This document shows, one piece after another, positions 11,780 to 32,654 of a stretch of DNA of 64,000 nucleotides (the first letter of the stretch is position 1; every line of letters begins with the position of its first letter). Position numbers and translations under genes: made by a program. The DNA is from Eimeria praecox (Eukaryota). The stretch is from contig OY986949.1 of assembly GCA_963920595.1 (NCBI GenBank), positions 4,278,001 to 4,342,000 on the forward strand, written 5' to 3'. The notes under the pieces were generated by a model. That model did not search any database. It saw only the letters and a list, made by a program, of their open reading frames with translations, and was not told where the DNA came from.

Positions 11780-12640
11780 GTGAACAAGAATAGTGCGTGG
11801 TTCATAGGGAGAATTTAATCAATAGGCACTTCCCCCATAAACTGGCATTGTGCGAATTTCAGTTGGTTTTGCTGCAATCTGTTGTCCGAGTCGGACGCGT
11901 CAATGCTGTCGTACTCTCCATGCGCCCGTTGTGTCAAGCACGTTGCTTCGAACAGGTTTATCATTTCAAACAGTTTCATTTGGTGGGCGTAGAAACCTGT
12001 TTAGGGAACTTCTGGGGAATACGGGACAAATGATGATGGAATGTACAGCACGGAGACGGACGATCTCGTGGCCGCTGTGGGTCACCTTCCTCTTTGCGCT
12101 GGCTCTAAACGGTATGCGTGCCAACTGCTCAAGTAAGCGAACAGAATTGCTGAATATTTTAGTTATTATATTGCAGTACCGCTGCACGGAGTTCCGCATT
12201 CACCTGTGGTCGCTATCATTTTGCTCACTCTCCGCGTGGCACTTTCCTGACAGTGGTTATGAGTGCATCTTCCAGGGCTTGGACAAGAGACCTTTAGGCT
12301 ATCTTGTATATAAAGTAGCAGACCATCAGCAAACGCACATACAAGGAGGCATACGCATTCCGCTGCTGCCCACTATTCTCAACAGGACTTCGCTGCCCCA
12401 CGCCCCACGGTGATAGCAGAATGTTAAGTTCTAGCTGAGCTGCATCTGCACCGGTGCTACTTAGTAAAGCTTCTCGACTGAATTTTCAGGCCTGCCTCCT
12501 TGGGCGTGTGGTGGAAAGGAAGGCTTCGTACAGCAGTGCGGCAAGTGCGTAGGGGACACGCAATGCGAAAAGGGCTTATTTTGCTGCCCCACTTTAAGAG
12601 TTTGCGTGCGCAGTCGGGCTGACAGGTGCCGCAAGCCATA
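11780..12640 (-). mobile_element. Possible very decayed reverse transcriptase remnant
   Basis: Fragments LLKWGSKISPFRIACP and RLQQNQLKFAQCQF loosely echo Ty3/gypsy RT motifs; no continuous frame. Confidence 0.25.
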
Positions 12641-13353
12641 CAATGTATGCAATAGCGCCTACAGAATGCGCAGGCCTGAGTACGCCGACGAGATTACTTG
12701 GGCAAGGGAATGCGAGGGGCCAGGCCTTTTAGAATGGATGACATGCCCATAAGCGGTGGCCACATACAGCAATGCCCTCTAACAAAATAAGGGTTTGAAT
12801 CTATTCATTCTTACAATTTATGTTATATGCAATGAGCCGAAATGCTTCGCAAGAACTCCATTCGCTCCTACTTTTTGAAGCTACTAATCCTTAGGGTTCA
12901 AGGTACCTTCAGTCACTTGCGCGAACTACGGTTGCCCTGGAATACCCTCCGCATCCAACCACCTAGCCCAACCGTTTGCTGCAGATGCCATCTGCAGCAC
13001 TTGCACAGTCGGTTTGGCCTGATCTCCTGAGCTGACTGCTGCTAGCTTACCAAAACCTAACTAAGTCAAACCTTTATCATGAAGACGCCTAGATGCTTGC
13101 CAATTGAAGATTCATCGATAGAACTGGGATTTGTTTTTCCTCCTACTTAGTAAGGTGGGCTCTGCAGCATCCTGCACCACCTTTCAGGGTCATATGAAAA
13201 CTTATTCAACAGAAGCGTGCGCAAGTAATGTATGTCATTTGCAAGCGCACATAACTGCAGTAAGCATCCCAAAGGATGCTTCGTCCGAACAAGTGTGCAG
13301 GCAATAACACCTGAAACTTGTAGCAGTTGCAATTTGTAGAAAAGCCTGGAACA

Positions 13354-16997
<3,644 letters not shown>

Positions 16998-17559
16998 CGC
17001 GCGAGGCCCCTTCAAGGAGAGCAAACAGATGCAGCCTTCACAGTTTTGCTCAAGAGAAAATAGATGGTACAACTAGACGGAGGAGCCAATTAGGAGGAAC
17101 TTCGATGACTGTGGCGTCGCGCATGTGGCGTCGTCCTGTTCCCTTCCCCTTCCCCACAGCTGTTCCATGCAGCAGCATGGAACAGCTGTAGAAACCAGCC
17201 AAACAATATATAAGCACGCGAGTCTAAAAGGGAAGGAAATTTTCAACGAGAATGGACGATGCTTCGCCTCGTCCCTGAAGGGTGAGTCTTCCTCAGATTC
17301 CAGCGGAAAGCTCCGTAACCAGTTTACTTATGTGCGTAATTTTTTCAACAAATGGGCAGAAACGCACATACCATTTTATCTTTCAACCAAACTCCCGTGC
17401 TATGGGTAAACAGAGTCAGTACATGCATACAGAAGCCCCCAAAAATGTCGGCGCAGGCTGCCTCAAATCGTAAATCGTACTCGCCTCATTGACAACTTCA
17501 TGTAGGAAAACTTTTGATTAGTCGGTTTCATTAATCTTATGCAGAATATCGGATGCTAG

Positions 17560-18350
17560 TTTTTCTAGTGTCACCTTCCCTTCCTACGGAGCCTATGCCG
17601 TCCCTGTCCCTGTGCTTGGTGAATGACTCCTCCAATGTTGAGTTTACGGGAACCCGCGGAGTTATTGAAGGCATTCACGGGGCAGCTTAGAGAGTGCTTG
17701 GAGCATGTGATAGAGGAGCTGGATGGACCGTTGCAATCAGCTACTACAGCACCGTAGCAAGTTATACCTGCAGCGGGGTACGTGCACGCATGCTGGCTGC
17801 TGGCTCCTGGAAGCCGTATGGACACTTAGCATTTGACTGGTATATAAGAAGGGACTTGAAATACCTGCATGTGCTGTGAGTGCTAAGCCAGCTACGGCAG
17901 AGTGTACTGCAACTGTGCATGGCAGCATGGTCTGCCTGGCGTTGGTACTTGCATCTCAACCCGCTCGCAGGATGATTACGGAGGTCCAAGAAAGTGTTCA
18001 ACGGCTGTGTACACTATAGTCTACAATGTTATCTCATGCAGCAAAGGGGGCACTGACTTCGCCTGCGTATGAGGGTGCGTTGGAGCACTAGCTGCAGCCA
18101 GGTGCATTGCAGCCCATCACGGAGGATGCGTGCCCACCAACCCCAGGCATTTGGATTGCGATACCCAACAGGCCTGTCAGTTGCAAAGGATGCCAAGGGC
18201 TTTTCTGGATCCATTGCAGTGGGTCTTTGAGTCTATTGCAGCTCTAGGCATTCGTCAGTTTAAACGGAGGACCTTCGCTACACTTGGAGGCACGACATGG
18301 TTCATGGTTCACTAGGGCAGGAGCGAGCAGCCAGCCTCTCCCCCCCAACA
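17560..18350 (-). repeat. Longer copy carrying family A (17930-18060) and B-like (17690-17760) segments; candidate LTR-derived
   Basis: Reverse complement of 17931-18060 aligns by eye with 56107-56270 (CATTGTAGACT-TA-TGTA...CGTA-TCA-CC-GCGAGC...GCAAG...GCAGA-CATGCT). The B-like match is weaker. Confidence 0.55.
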
Positions 18351-18973
18351 GGGTGGGCTTGTGCACTGCAGAGATTAATTGCAAAAGGCGCTTGCAAGCG
18401 AAAGCCATTCTACAAAAGTTTATAGTTTCTATGGAAATCCTTGACTAACCCTTGTTCCTTTATAGTCCTGCATGATGCGTTTATCCGGATGTGCCCTCCT
18501 GTGGGGAAGAGGCTAACGCCTGGATACCCCTCCGCATCAGAGCGAGAGCACTATCTGCATCCCATCCAGCAGAAAATCTATTTACAGCAAAACACACTCA
18601 TGAACAATACTTACGCGTTTGCCGCCCTTGCAGGTGCGACGGACGGCGCGACACAGGAGAAGCGGAGGAGTTCCTTGCTTCCCTGAAGCTGCCCCTTTGC
18701 CTTCAGAACTCACCAGAAGAACTGCAGTTGCTATTCGCATCTTACCTTTTGGAAGGAGAAGCACGGCGCTGCTGTTTATAGCAGGCGCACCTCACCCGAA
18801 GTATGGAAGCCGCCGGCATGCGATGCGATGTACGTTTATCTCCAGACCGTCAAGTGAGCAGGAAACAACAGAATTGATAAAAATTAAACCTGGGAACCTG
18901 CCTGTGGGCCAATGTATAGGGAGGTATCAGCCCTGGTTGAACACAAACCGAACAGTTGACTCAGAAATTCTAT

Positions 18974-19125
18974 ATTTTCTATATTCTATGGTTTACAGAG
19001 CTATCTCCGCGCAGCCTCGTGGAGTGAGAATTAAGGGTTGAAGGGGTTGAAGGAGAGCTTTTCCATAATTGTCACTCCACTAGGCTGCGTGGAGATAGCT
19101 CTGTAAACCATAGAATATAGAAAAT
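18974..19125. repeat. 60-bp inverted repeat (3 mismatches) with 32-nt loop; foldback/MITE-like
   Basis: Arm 18974-19033 ATTTTCTATATTCTATGGTTTACAGAGCTATCTCC... pairs with arm 19066-19125 ...GGAGATAGCTCTGTAAACCATAGAATATAGAAAAT. Confidence 0.95.
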
Positions 19126-19299
19126 GAAGAAAGCGGGTTTGAGAGTGGCCCAGGTATAGAGCCAACGGATACTGGGGCTACAGAGGCTAGCCCCATTCAG
19201 GAAAGAAGAAAAAACGATAGCTGACAGCAACACCGACAATTCCGGGGGTATGCACTAATGGCCACATAACCCGCGATAGCAGACGCAAGGAAAAGGCCA

Positions 19300-19800
19300 A
19301 GAAACTCGAGATGCAGGACTTCGAGAACCGCCACCGCGCAACATGCGGCATGCGGCTTCTGGCGCAATGCGGTAGTGCAGAAGAAAAAAGACGGGAGGTG
19401 GTGCATGTGGGGGAGGGGGGGGGGTTCACGCCCCTCAACAAAGCCTCGTTGAAGCAGAAGTTTCCGACGCCCCGGATAAAGGCACTACTTCATTGGCTCC
19501 AGGTTTCAGCAGCTGATTCATCATTTGGTTTGGCTGGCGCATTTTTGCAAATCCCAGTGCATCCCGACGATTGGCACACGACTGCATTACATGCCTCTTT
19601 AGAGGCCTTGTGGCCACAGGTACAAAGGGTCCTACGGCTGATGCGAAAAAGAAGCTGGCTATACAGAGTTGCCACATCCCCTTCAGCGACTCCTGGTGCG
19701 CATGCAACCTCACGTGCATGCATGGCTTGGTCTAGGTGCATGGACAAACAGTCTCCTCAGTACGTAGCCCATTAAGCAGGCACATAGTTCCATGACTGTG
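19300..19800 (+). mobile_element. Ty3/gypsy reverse transcriptase fragment (decayed)
   Basis: VVQKKKDGRWCMW (VxKKDGxWRMC), then in another frame FTPLNKASLKQKFPTPRIKALLHWLQ...GLAGAFLQIPVHPDDWHTTA (LNK...FPxPRI...DL..GFxQI.V...D..KTAF). Confidence 0.8.
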
Positions 19801-21801
19801 CATACGCGGGCTATCGGAAGCCAAATAAGCTCTTAAAACATATTTGACTTCCAGTAGTCTGCGCATACAGACTCATGCAACTACTTCCCTCCTTTTGACA
19901 GGCCTTTCTGCATCTCCTCCCCTTCACCGACGAGACAGCATCAGTCCTTCTATGCTGCGACGCTTGAGAAAACGGAAGGCAAGCAAAGTCAAGCAGCAAC
20001 CAAGGAATTTCCGCCTGCCAAAACGTATCAGGAGCACGTATACAAGAGAAAAAGTTAAGAAGTGGGGATTCCCTTCTGCTGGTGGTGCCTATTGCCTGTG
20101 AGTGAATGAAGCTCACACAAGGGAGTGGGCAACTGAGCAGCTAAACCCGCCTCTGGTGTCTGCTCGCGCTGGGTGCATGCCTTACCGCGAGCAGCAGTGT
20201 ACAAAGGGGGATGCAAGATAGGCCATCTAAATCACGCCAACTTGGTGCATTTTATATGGTGCCAACCAGCAGACCAAGCGGGATGCCAATTCCCAAATAT
20301 GCATACGCGAAAGCGCCCTCGGCTGCATCATCGACCCAGCTGCATGCGACGAGAGGCAACGATCACTCCAGGGAAACTTTTTGGAAGCATGGTGTGGATC
20401 TTTCACCGCACCATATAGCATCTGCAGCACCGTGATTGCTCGCCAAGATTAGCCGCAAGGAGGAATAAAGCTGTGTTCTCCATATCTGAGCGGTCGCCGC
20501 CGCTGAGATATGGAAAGCCTTGAGCAGAGGTGCCTAGATCCACCAAAGTTGCCAGTTTCTGGCGAGTCTGGTTATATATTGTCGTACTTTATGACCTCCC
20601 CATGTTGTCATGCAGGCATCGATGGGGTCTCATCCCCGTCCACTTGCTTCGTTTTCCGGTGATTTTGCAGCCATTTTGATGGATGACTTCGATGGAATTT
20701 CGGTTGCTTCTGCAGTCAGTTTATGGCTGTTGGCGGATTAATAAAATACGTTGGCGTGTTGTTATGTATTCTCCTGACGATGTACAGCAAACCCCCATTG
20801 CCAGTGTGTAGGTATCACCCTGGGCTATTCGCTTTTAGGCTCGCAGAACGTATGAATTGACTGCAAAGGAATCATCTGCATTTAATGCAGCGTTCGGATG
20901 TTTTTTACTAGCGCCCTGTCTGGTGTTCTTGTGCTGCCTTCATGCCTTCCCGAGAGCGTACAAGCTGCTCTCTGTGGGATGTTTCCCCTGAGGAATGGCG
21001 GCGCCGGCTGCAAACTTTCAGCCCCACCATTGGGTTCCGCCAGTGCTGTTTGCGAGGAGGAGTGCACTGTTGACATTCTGACTCCGCATAATGGAGGAAA
21101 TCGAGCCCAACGCAGCTTTGATGAAATTTTCTGGGCCTCAAATACTGCTTAACTTGTGGCTTGTAAGGTCCTTTCGGCCACAAGCCTCCGGTTGGTTCAC
21201 AGTGGCCATGCTATGATCAATAATTAGCGGCGTCATGAGTTCGCGTCAGCAGACCCTTTCAAACTTGGACCCCCTGCCAATGATGACACTTCTGGGTTTT
21301 CCAGGGAACGTTCCGCAGTGATTAGTGCGTAGCAATTCCCGCACTGCTCTTGTGGCTGAGCCTGAAGTAGGCATACTTGCTGAACCTATCCACAATAGCC
21401 TAAATGCCGTAACACTATTTGACTGATGGGAAGTTCAATATGATATCCAACGAAATATTCGTCCAGATTCGCCTACAAGTCTGAAAACTCTTCATGGGAA
21501 GATAGTGCGTGCCCAAAAACTCATACGTTTTATGCCGGTATCACCACAGGGGAACATTCTCACATAGAAGTAATATGCTGCAGCTTGCCACTAGGAAGGT
21601 ACTTCAAAAGGAGGGGGGCAGAGTATTTTTTAAATCGGAACCTAATCTCAGTTGAAATGCCGCTCGCCACAAAGACCAGCAGGGAAGGCTCCTTCAGCCT
21701 AGTCTGTAAAGGTTGAGATCATAGATTGCAAAAGCAATTACAACTGTGTTCAATTCACAATTTGTTGACTCGTCTGGAGGTGGTAGCGCCGCCTTGAGGA
21801 T

Positions 21802-25672
<3,871 letters not shown>

Positions 25673-27689
25673 ATGCGTCTTTAATTCAACTACGTGTGAG
25701 TTTTACGGTAGTCAAAACCTATATTATTTGAATGCAGCGCATTCAAAGCTCCTCCGTCAGCACTCCCCTTTCAATTGCATGTGCTTTGTTGTGCCAAAGC
25801 AGCATGAAATAGTTTCTTACCCATCCTACGCCATATCCCCATCCCTGCTGTGCCCGCAAATCTTTCTCATCCTTCACATTTGGCTTTATCAGTGAAGTGT
25901 CTTGCCGAAATGTCTGTGGGAGCGGGCTCGCTCCCATGGCTACAAAAGAAGCAGCCCTCGTGGCACTAGCACAAGGCATGCCTCGACGTGTAGAGTTTCT
26001 GCTGCTGGAGTGCTCAATGCGCTTCGCCTCCAGATGCGCTGCTCCCTCCAGGTCCCTCTCCCGTTGCCTTATTGCCCCTTGCATTGCAGCGGTGCCTGCT
26101 TTGTACTTGTGGCTTGCGAGATCATGCTACAAAACTCTGCCGACGCCTCAGTTTCAAGGCGGTGGTGCACCACCCTCTTCTCGCCCATACACCTTCACCG
26201 CGCTGCACAGCAGACAGAATACTTTAAGGCGTGTTTTCTACTAAAAGCGCTCCTACTGCTTCAGGTCGAAGGGCGATGGCGGAATTCTTTTGTGAACGTT
26301 ACCTTCTGCTCCTCTGTCTAAGAGATGCTCCTACGAGCCAGGCATGTGCATCTACGCTATCATAAAGGGTGCACTGCTTCTTCCCCGTCCATTCCTGGGT
26401 TCTTTCTTTCTTTCTCACTGTGCGGACGCGTGGTTAACTATATTGCAACTATATTGCCAGGTGATTTCTTGATTGCGTGCGTTTGTGAATGGAAATAATA
26501 AAACCCCGAACTCTGGTTTGTCTCACATATATTTAAGCCTGTGCCGACAGCAATATGGCAGCCTGCGACTTGGAAATTTTTCCTTGCACAGAGGAATCCT
26601 TGAAAAGAGGCCGGACTGACAAGATATTCGAAACCCAAGCTGACGATGCCGCGCAATATGTTTCTTTCAGACCTTCTGTACGCAATTCCAATCCCAATAA
26701 AGGAGCAACCAACCTGTTTCCCGAGCACGTATATGCGACACTGGCGCTCAGCTTCACCAGGCATAACGGACCATTATATACACCATACTAAGGAGGGTCC
26801 ATAACTGGCTAACCGCAGAAGGAAAACAGCAAAGGACCATGCTAAGGCTTTCCGCATTACGCACCCAAGAAGACGCCCCGCCACTCACAGTTAGTTGCAG
26901 CTAGTTATGCAATAATGCTAACTCCTGCTATGCTATCGTAGCTAAGCCCAAGTTCCCAATACATTTGCCACCCAACTCTGGGGCTGCATGCGCAGACGAC
27001 CTTACTAGCTAGGCCGGCATTATTCGCAGAAATGAGTGCAAGAAGACGCCCTTGTATTAAATCTACAATTGGTGAATGCTGGGGGCCTTTTGAGTTAGTG
27101 TATGCCAACAGGATGACAAGTTGGTGTGACTGGGCCGTGATTGAAGCTCTTGTATCCCTGTCGAAGGCGCCGGTCTCCTTTGATTCATTCGCTAGCACTG
27201 GGCAAGCTTATTTCAGAAGCAAATGCTCACCCTCCTCCAACATGCCGCGCAGTGAGTGGCTCCAAGCAGAGCTCTCGCTTTACTTGGTTGAGAAGCAAGA
27301 AGAAAAACCCAGTCTTTCGATGTTATCAACCGTTTTGTTTCGAAACTCTGCTAAGACATTCGTGCGTACTCAACTCGGGTTCACCGTAAGCTTTTACCAA
27401 GATTTTGTCGGCCGGAGCAGGGGACTCTAACCGGAGCTCATGTACTTCGCACACTTGCTTCAATTTTTAAAAACTCAATTTCGTAAATCGCGCCCAGCTA
27501 ATTCATGGGGCACTCGCGAAATTTAGGTGTACTAGCAGTATAATGACGTCAATAGACTCCTGCTGGGGCTGAGAGAAGTAGGCGCATGCATCCAACAAAC
27601 TTTAGTTATGTTGAGTACACGTTTCACAATTACTATTTTGCAGGATGCTGCTCGTTTCGCGCAGTGCTCAAGGGAAGGGCTGAAAAGTG

Positions 27690-27840
27690 CTTACATGCCG
27701 AGCCCTTTTGCTGTAGGACGTGCAACAAATGGTGCTGCAACCCTTCAAATGCAGCCTCCTCTCTCCACACCCTCAAATCCCAATGCGGCCGTGTCTATAA
27801 CACCTGCAGACAGGCGGGGAGGTCAGTTGCGCTTTGGAAT
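27690..27840 (+). repeat. Dispersed repeat family B copy
   Basis: AGCCTCCTCTCTCCACACCCTCAAATCCCAATGCGG...CCTGCAGACAGGCGGGGAGGTCAGTTGC aligns with the reverse complement of 37470-37625 and with 60515-60610. Confidence 0.65.
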
Positions 27841-29179
27841 CTACCCTCCTGAGGGGCTCTCGCCTGCTTGCCACCGCTGTAGCTCACGGCTGTAGATACT
27901 CGCTACGCTTCCTGGTGCCTCTATGCTCTTATAACCAGCTGCCGAGTGCAAATATCGCCCTGAAGTTGGGGTTTATTTGTGAAGTTGCGCTTTCCCCAGA
28001 TTGAAGTTTGTGTTGGTTGCCCTAAAGCTAGTCAGCTTATCCCTCTGGAGTTGAGACAACCAACATGCACGCAGATCGTTCCGTTGGGACGGGCAGTCAC
28101 CGCAATCCAAAAACCGCTTTTCTGCAAAAAATCGGCCTTTTGTAACTTCGGCTCGTGCAAAATGGTTCTGCAGGCGCAAACAGCGCTCTCACTGCTGCGT
28201 CACGGATGAGCTCCTACATTTCTGGATATTTACTTTCTTGGTCAAATTGCGCTGAAAGAGCTGTAGCTTGTCCTAGTAACTTTACGAGTCGTAGTGGAAT
28301 GCAAGGAAATAATGAATGCCGATATGGAACGCCTGGTGACTATGGATGGCTACCATGGCTACGCACATGCTCGGCGGGGTACGCGCGTCCCCCTTTCAGC
28401 GAGGGAACAACCTACGGCAGCATTAAGAAAACTTAAACAAGGGAAGCGGTTCCATGGCGATGCACTTTAAATTATCAGTATTTTGTGAACAGCAAGCCTA
28501 CGATGGATTCGCATTTGCTGTAGCATTTGTCCATTGCCGGAGTACCCCCTGGAGAGAGACAATCAGCACACACCGGAGTCACGGAGAGGCAACTAGAGTG
28601 TGAACGTGTGGAACGCTCCAAGATGATGGCGTCATCATCATATGCCGAAGCGAGGAAACCCCATTTTTACTGCTTCATGAGAAAAGGGAGGGAAAGAGCT
28701 TTGGAAATCGCCTATATATATAAGCTATGACAACTGAAGAGAACAAAAGCGAGGGCAGAGGGCGAACGGCAAGATCCGCACATAGAAACTAAGGAAAGCT
28801 CACTAGACAGCAGGCGCCAATCGAGTGTACAGAATCTAGTAGGATAACTTGAGTCTGTATGCTCACGAAAGGGAGTGGAGGACTGGGCAGGAAGGATAGT
28901 CAGCCATAGAAATTCATAAGGCGACCAGAGAGAGGCGTTTGTCCTCTACGCGGCGTTCTGTGCTATGACGGGACAGAAGAAACCAAAACCCGTACAGATG
29001 CAATCTGCTTAGTTTTACATGAAGTTCGCTCGAGCTTGCACTAATTTTCCGGACTTTCTGCGCTGCCCTACACTGTCTACGATATGCTTCTGTGATCTAC
29101 AGCTACAGCTCAGCGTTTCAGCCATCTGCCTGCTCCTTAAGGCAGGCCCTGCGCCTCAGCGTTGCACACGTTGTGCACA

Positions 29180-29220
29180 ACAGGATACGGGTTAAGAACC
29201 CGTATCCTGTCGGGTTAAGA
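29180..29220. repeat. 14-bp perfect hairpin followed by a 10-bp direct duplication
   Basis: ACAGGATACGGGTT-AAG-AACCCGTATCCTGT, then CGGGTTAAGA (29211-29220), identical to 29188-29197. Confidence 0.9.
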
Positions 29221-29299
29221 CACTATTTGATGTTACGTACTGGAAAGCAGTAAAGGACTACCAATATCATCCACCCCCAACAGCGTTAATTTAATTTTC

Positions 29300-31560
29300 G
29301 TGTGGGAGAAGTGACCCAGGAGGGAAGAAGGCCGCGATTCCGCCGCCAGAAACGATGGAGAAATGCAGACGACACAAAAGGCGCTGGATTCGACATAGAG
29401 ACCGAGAATCCCCTGCAAACGGCGCATCGGAAGAAATGGTGTTCAGGAGGAGCTTTGGGAGGGAAGGCCTCCATGGAAGCCCAATGCAGGGCAACAAAAG
29501 CACTCCCGGATCGCCTCAAAGATTTGTGCCAAGGTGGAGGAGAACCTCGAATTTTCACGAACTCGTGTGGCCTGCAGACCAATTGTTAAAAAAAACCAAA
29601 ATGCAGCCGTTATCCATCGTCTTTGCCAGCAAACGGGTGCTTGCGAAGAAAGCAGACTTGGCGCATCATATGGGCGACGGCTTAAAGCACCTTAGCTTAA
29701 ACCCTTAACAAAATGACAGTGAAGCATGAATCTGCAATGCAACTGATCGAAGAACTGCTACTACTGCTGCAGGGTATCCCATGCCATCTAAGCTTATGAC
29801 TGTGCTTCTGGCTGTGCTTCTTGCAGCCGATACGCTTGAACGGGCGGTTTACAAGAGTGCATAATTGTTCGTTTCATGCTAAGAAACAGCTTCTTATGGC
29901 CCTTTGCACGTGAAGCTCGAGATGAATTGGATCCGGAAATGATACTGGCAACTCTGATGCGTTCGTGCGTTTGTTCAAAAGGACAGGCAATCACCAGCCC
30001 CTCGGTCCGTTTTGATTCTACCGTAGCCATATGGTGCATTTTACCTGCGTCACAGCTTCTTCAGCGTCAAATAGGCTGTTTGTTGGGAGATCGAAGAAGG
30101 CGTTTCCTATAATTTCATCGGCAGCCTGGCATCGTCTGCAGTGGTCGTGCCCACTGACTCCGGTGAACAAGTATTGTTCCTTCGTAACCCGGCCGTAGCG
30201 GCTCAGCGATGAGTGTGTCAGTGGGCTGCCTTCTTGCCAAGCTAAATAGCAAATGGCAGGCTAAGTACAACAGCATGGACGATGGTTTTTTATGGTACCA
30301 GATTGCGAGTAGAATGCTCCACGTACATGTTGCAGTCTCTCTTCTCATAGGAGATTTGTACAGAACGGACAGGCAATGGTGGGGTCAACATTAAAGGGGG
30401 TCCAGTGGGTACCTCCTTCTCACGGTCTACGATGTGCCCCCCCGCCGAGTAATATTTCCGCCCCTGCCTGGAATGTGAGCAGCACAAGCAGCGGAGCACT
30501 CTCAAAGCAGGACTCATACGCATTTGCCTTATCCCCAAGCGGGTTTCAAAGGCTACTTCAACGGATTCCGTCGTGGGATTACCATCAGTTAAAGGCTATG
30601 ATAACATCCACACTGTCACAAATAGCCTTAAGGAGTATGCCCAATTTATTCCTCACTCGCGTTCAGTTGCAGCGGAAGTAATGCTACAATTATTAACTAA
30701 TCCCATCTGGAAGCTCTGCAGTTTTCCACAAATCAACATTTGTAGGGGGAAAGCGAAGTTTGTTAGCACTTTCTGGAGCGAATTCATGAAGCGCCTCAAT
30801 ACTGAGCCCCGCGTGACCACTGCGAAGGCTCCAGAAGACGAATCTGAAGCTGAACTCGCCATCAATACGCTTCTGTAGTATTTCCAACGCTGTACTCGGG
30901 AACCCTGTCCATCGGTTTAAAATGCAACAGTGCATTCTTCGATCTCGTGTTTTCGGGTTTTCTACAAGCATATTGTTAATTGTACCCACGTTGGTTCTGA
31001 TTATTGAATGTCAGCCTTGATTAATTCTCTATACAGCTTGCAGCGGTTCGGGAACATGCGAAGAGAGTGCACGAAAGCCAGAACGAAACTGCAAGAAGCC
31101 AAATCCGACAGTGATTTTCCACTCAAGCAACTTAGTTCTGCAGTATCCGCATGCGGTAAGAAGAGATCAGGAAGGCGATAACAATAAGGGATTCAGCTTG
31201 CGCTTGGAGCCCTGAATGCTGTTGTGTGCTTGCATATGGGACCGTGTTGCAGCAGGGACTCTAACAAGAGGAGCTGCACCTTATGGCATGCCGCCGTCTC
31301 TCCAGCCCTTGCCAGAAAACCTGGGCTCTGGCGGGGAAGCGACCTGTCTTCTCAAAGTATTCCCTAGAGTATTTTAGCTCTATTCTTGCTCACGGTGGTG
31401 CTCGGAAAGGCCCAGGGCTTTCGTTGCATCGCATTGCATCTCCGCTACCGCTACTCCTTTTGGAATGGGCATTTATTTTTACATGCATTATGCGAACTTC
31501 TTTTTTAAAGTTCAATCAGTCCTAGTTCGGGTCAATTCGATGTTCGGAGTATGCTCTAGT
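29300..31560 (+). mobile_element. Decayed Ty3/gypsy pol (RT/RNase H traces, integrase, possible chromodomain)
   Basis: RPCLECEQHK...AGLIRICLIP (integrase zinc-finger region); GLPSVKGYDNIHTVTNSLKEYAQFIP...KFVSTFWSEFMKRLNTEPRVTTAKAPEDESEAE (integrase core); EYFSSILAHG (chromo-like). 31030-31560 matches the reverse complement of 37890-38450. Confidence 0.85.
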
Positions 31561-32654
31561 CTGATCAGCAAACCGCCCCGTATGAAAAAGCCTATCCCAT
31601 GGCTTGCACCAAGGAGACAGGCTAATGGGCGTCCACTGGTAGACAGGGTACTCCGGACATTGCTCGCGACCAGCTGTGAGCTACCTCCCGAAGTATTCAC
31701 CATTGTCGAACGGTTCTTAAGATTGTTTGTCGAGTCTCCGTCACTCCTTGAGTACCAACGGCGATGAATACCTATCACCCTGCCTCAGAGCTGTGAGCCC
31801 TGAAGAAAATTCCTCACTGCAACGAAGCAAATGGCATGAATGGCACTGTGGAGAAATCTTCAGGCTTCCGGCATTCATATTAACCCCTTCAGACTCTTGG
31901 TGAAAAGAAAAATACCCCAATGCCGGAGTGTGTTGCACCTCTTCCGCCACTTACACCCCTGGCCAACTTTAATGCACTGCTAAGAAGACGCACGTCTGTA
32001 CAGCGCATCATCGTCTTTGCAGCCAGCCCTTTCTTCAGCACCTCACAGTCTTACGTTATGCTTTATAATGCACTGGGCTACATAGTGTCCTTCGTAGAAA
32101 ACCTAAGGTTACAGTGGAACCATCTGTCCTGCTTGCACGTCTTGTAGTTAAATCCAATTTCCCGCTCAGCACAGTGTAATGATTAACGCAACCATGAATC
32201 ATTTCCTATCTTCAGCGGCATTAGTGGCATGCCAGCTGAATCTGAACCGCTGAAGGGGTGCACTGCAAGGATGTGTTTATTGCCTAATAGCATGACCTTT
32301 CAGGAGAGCTTAATGCAAGAAGCTCCAGCCAAAACGCTTAAAACAATTGAAATTGTGCTCTTATTCAAGTTTTCAGAACGAAGGAGAACAAACGTCCAAA
32401 CCTCCGAGCATGCACAAAGGCCGCATTTTTGTACAGTAGGGAGTTCGCTAGTCCCCAATGCAGCAAAATAACGCTTTGCAAAAAGATTATGTTTCACGCT
32501 ATTCTTCCTCCTCCCCCAAAGAAGCTTGTGAGAGCCATATTTCTGTTCAGGCTTTTTGTGTGCAGTGGGGGTTCCATTGCAATCAAACGGGTCTCTCCAA
32601 AAAGTCACGTCAGGGGTTGAATGCAAAGAAGCGCTGAGCCGATCGACGCAGAGA

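Noticed and set aside
25897..27430. Possible plus-strand spliced gene divergent from the katanin-like gene
   Set aside because: Some exon-like stretches, but no consistent splice model or recognisable domain.
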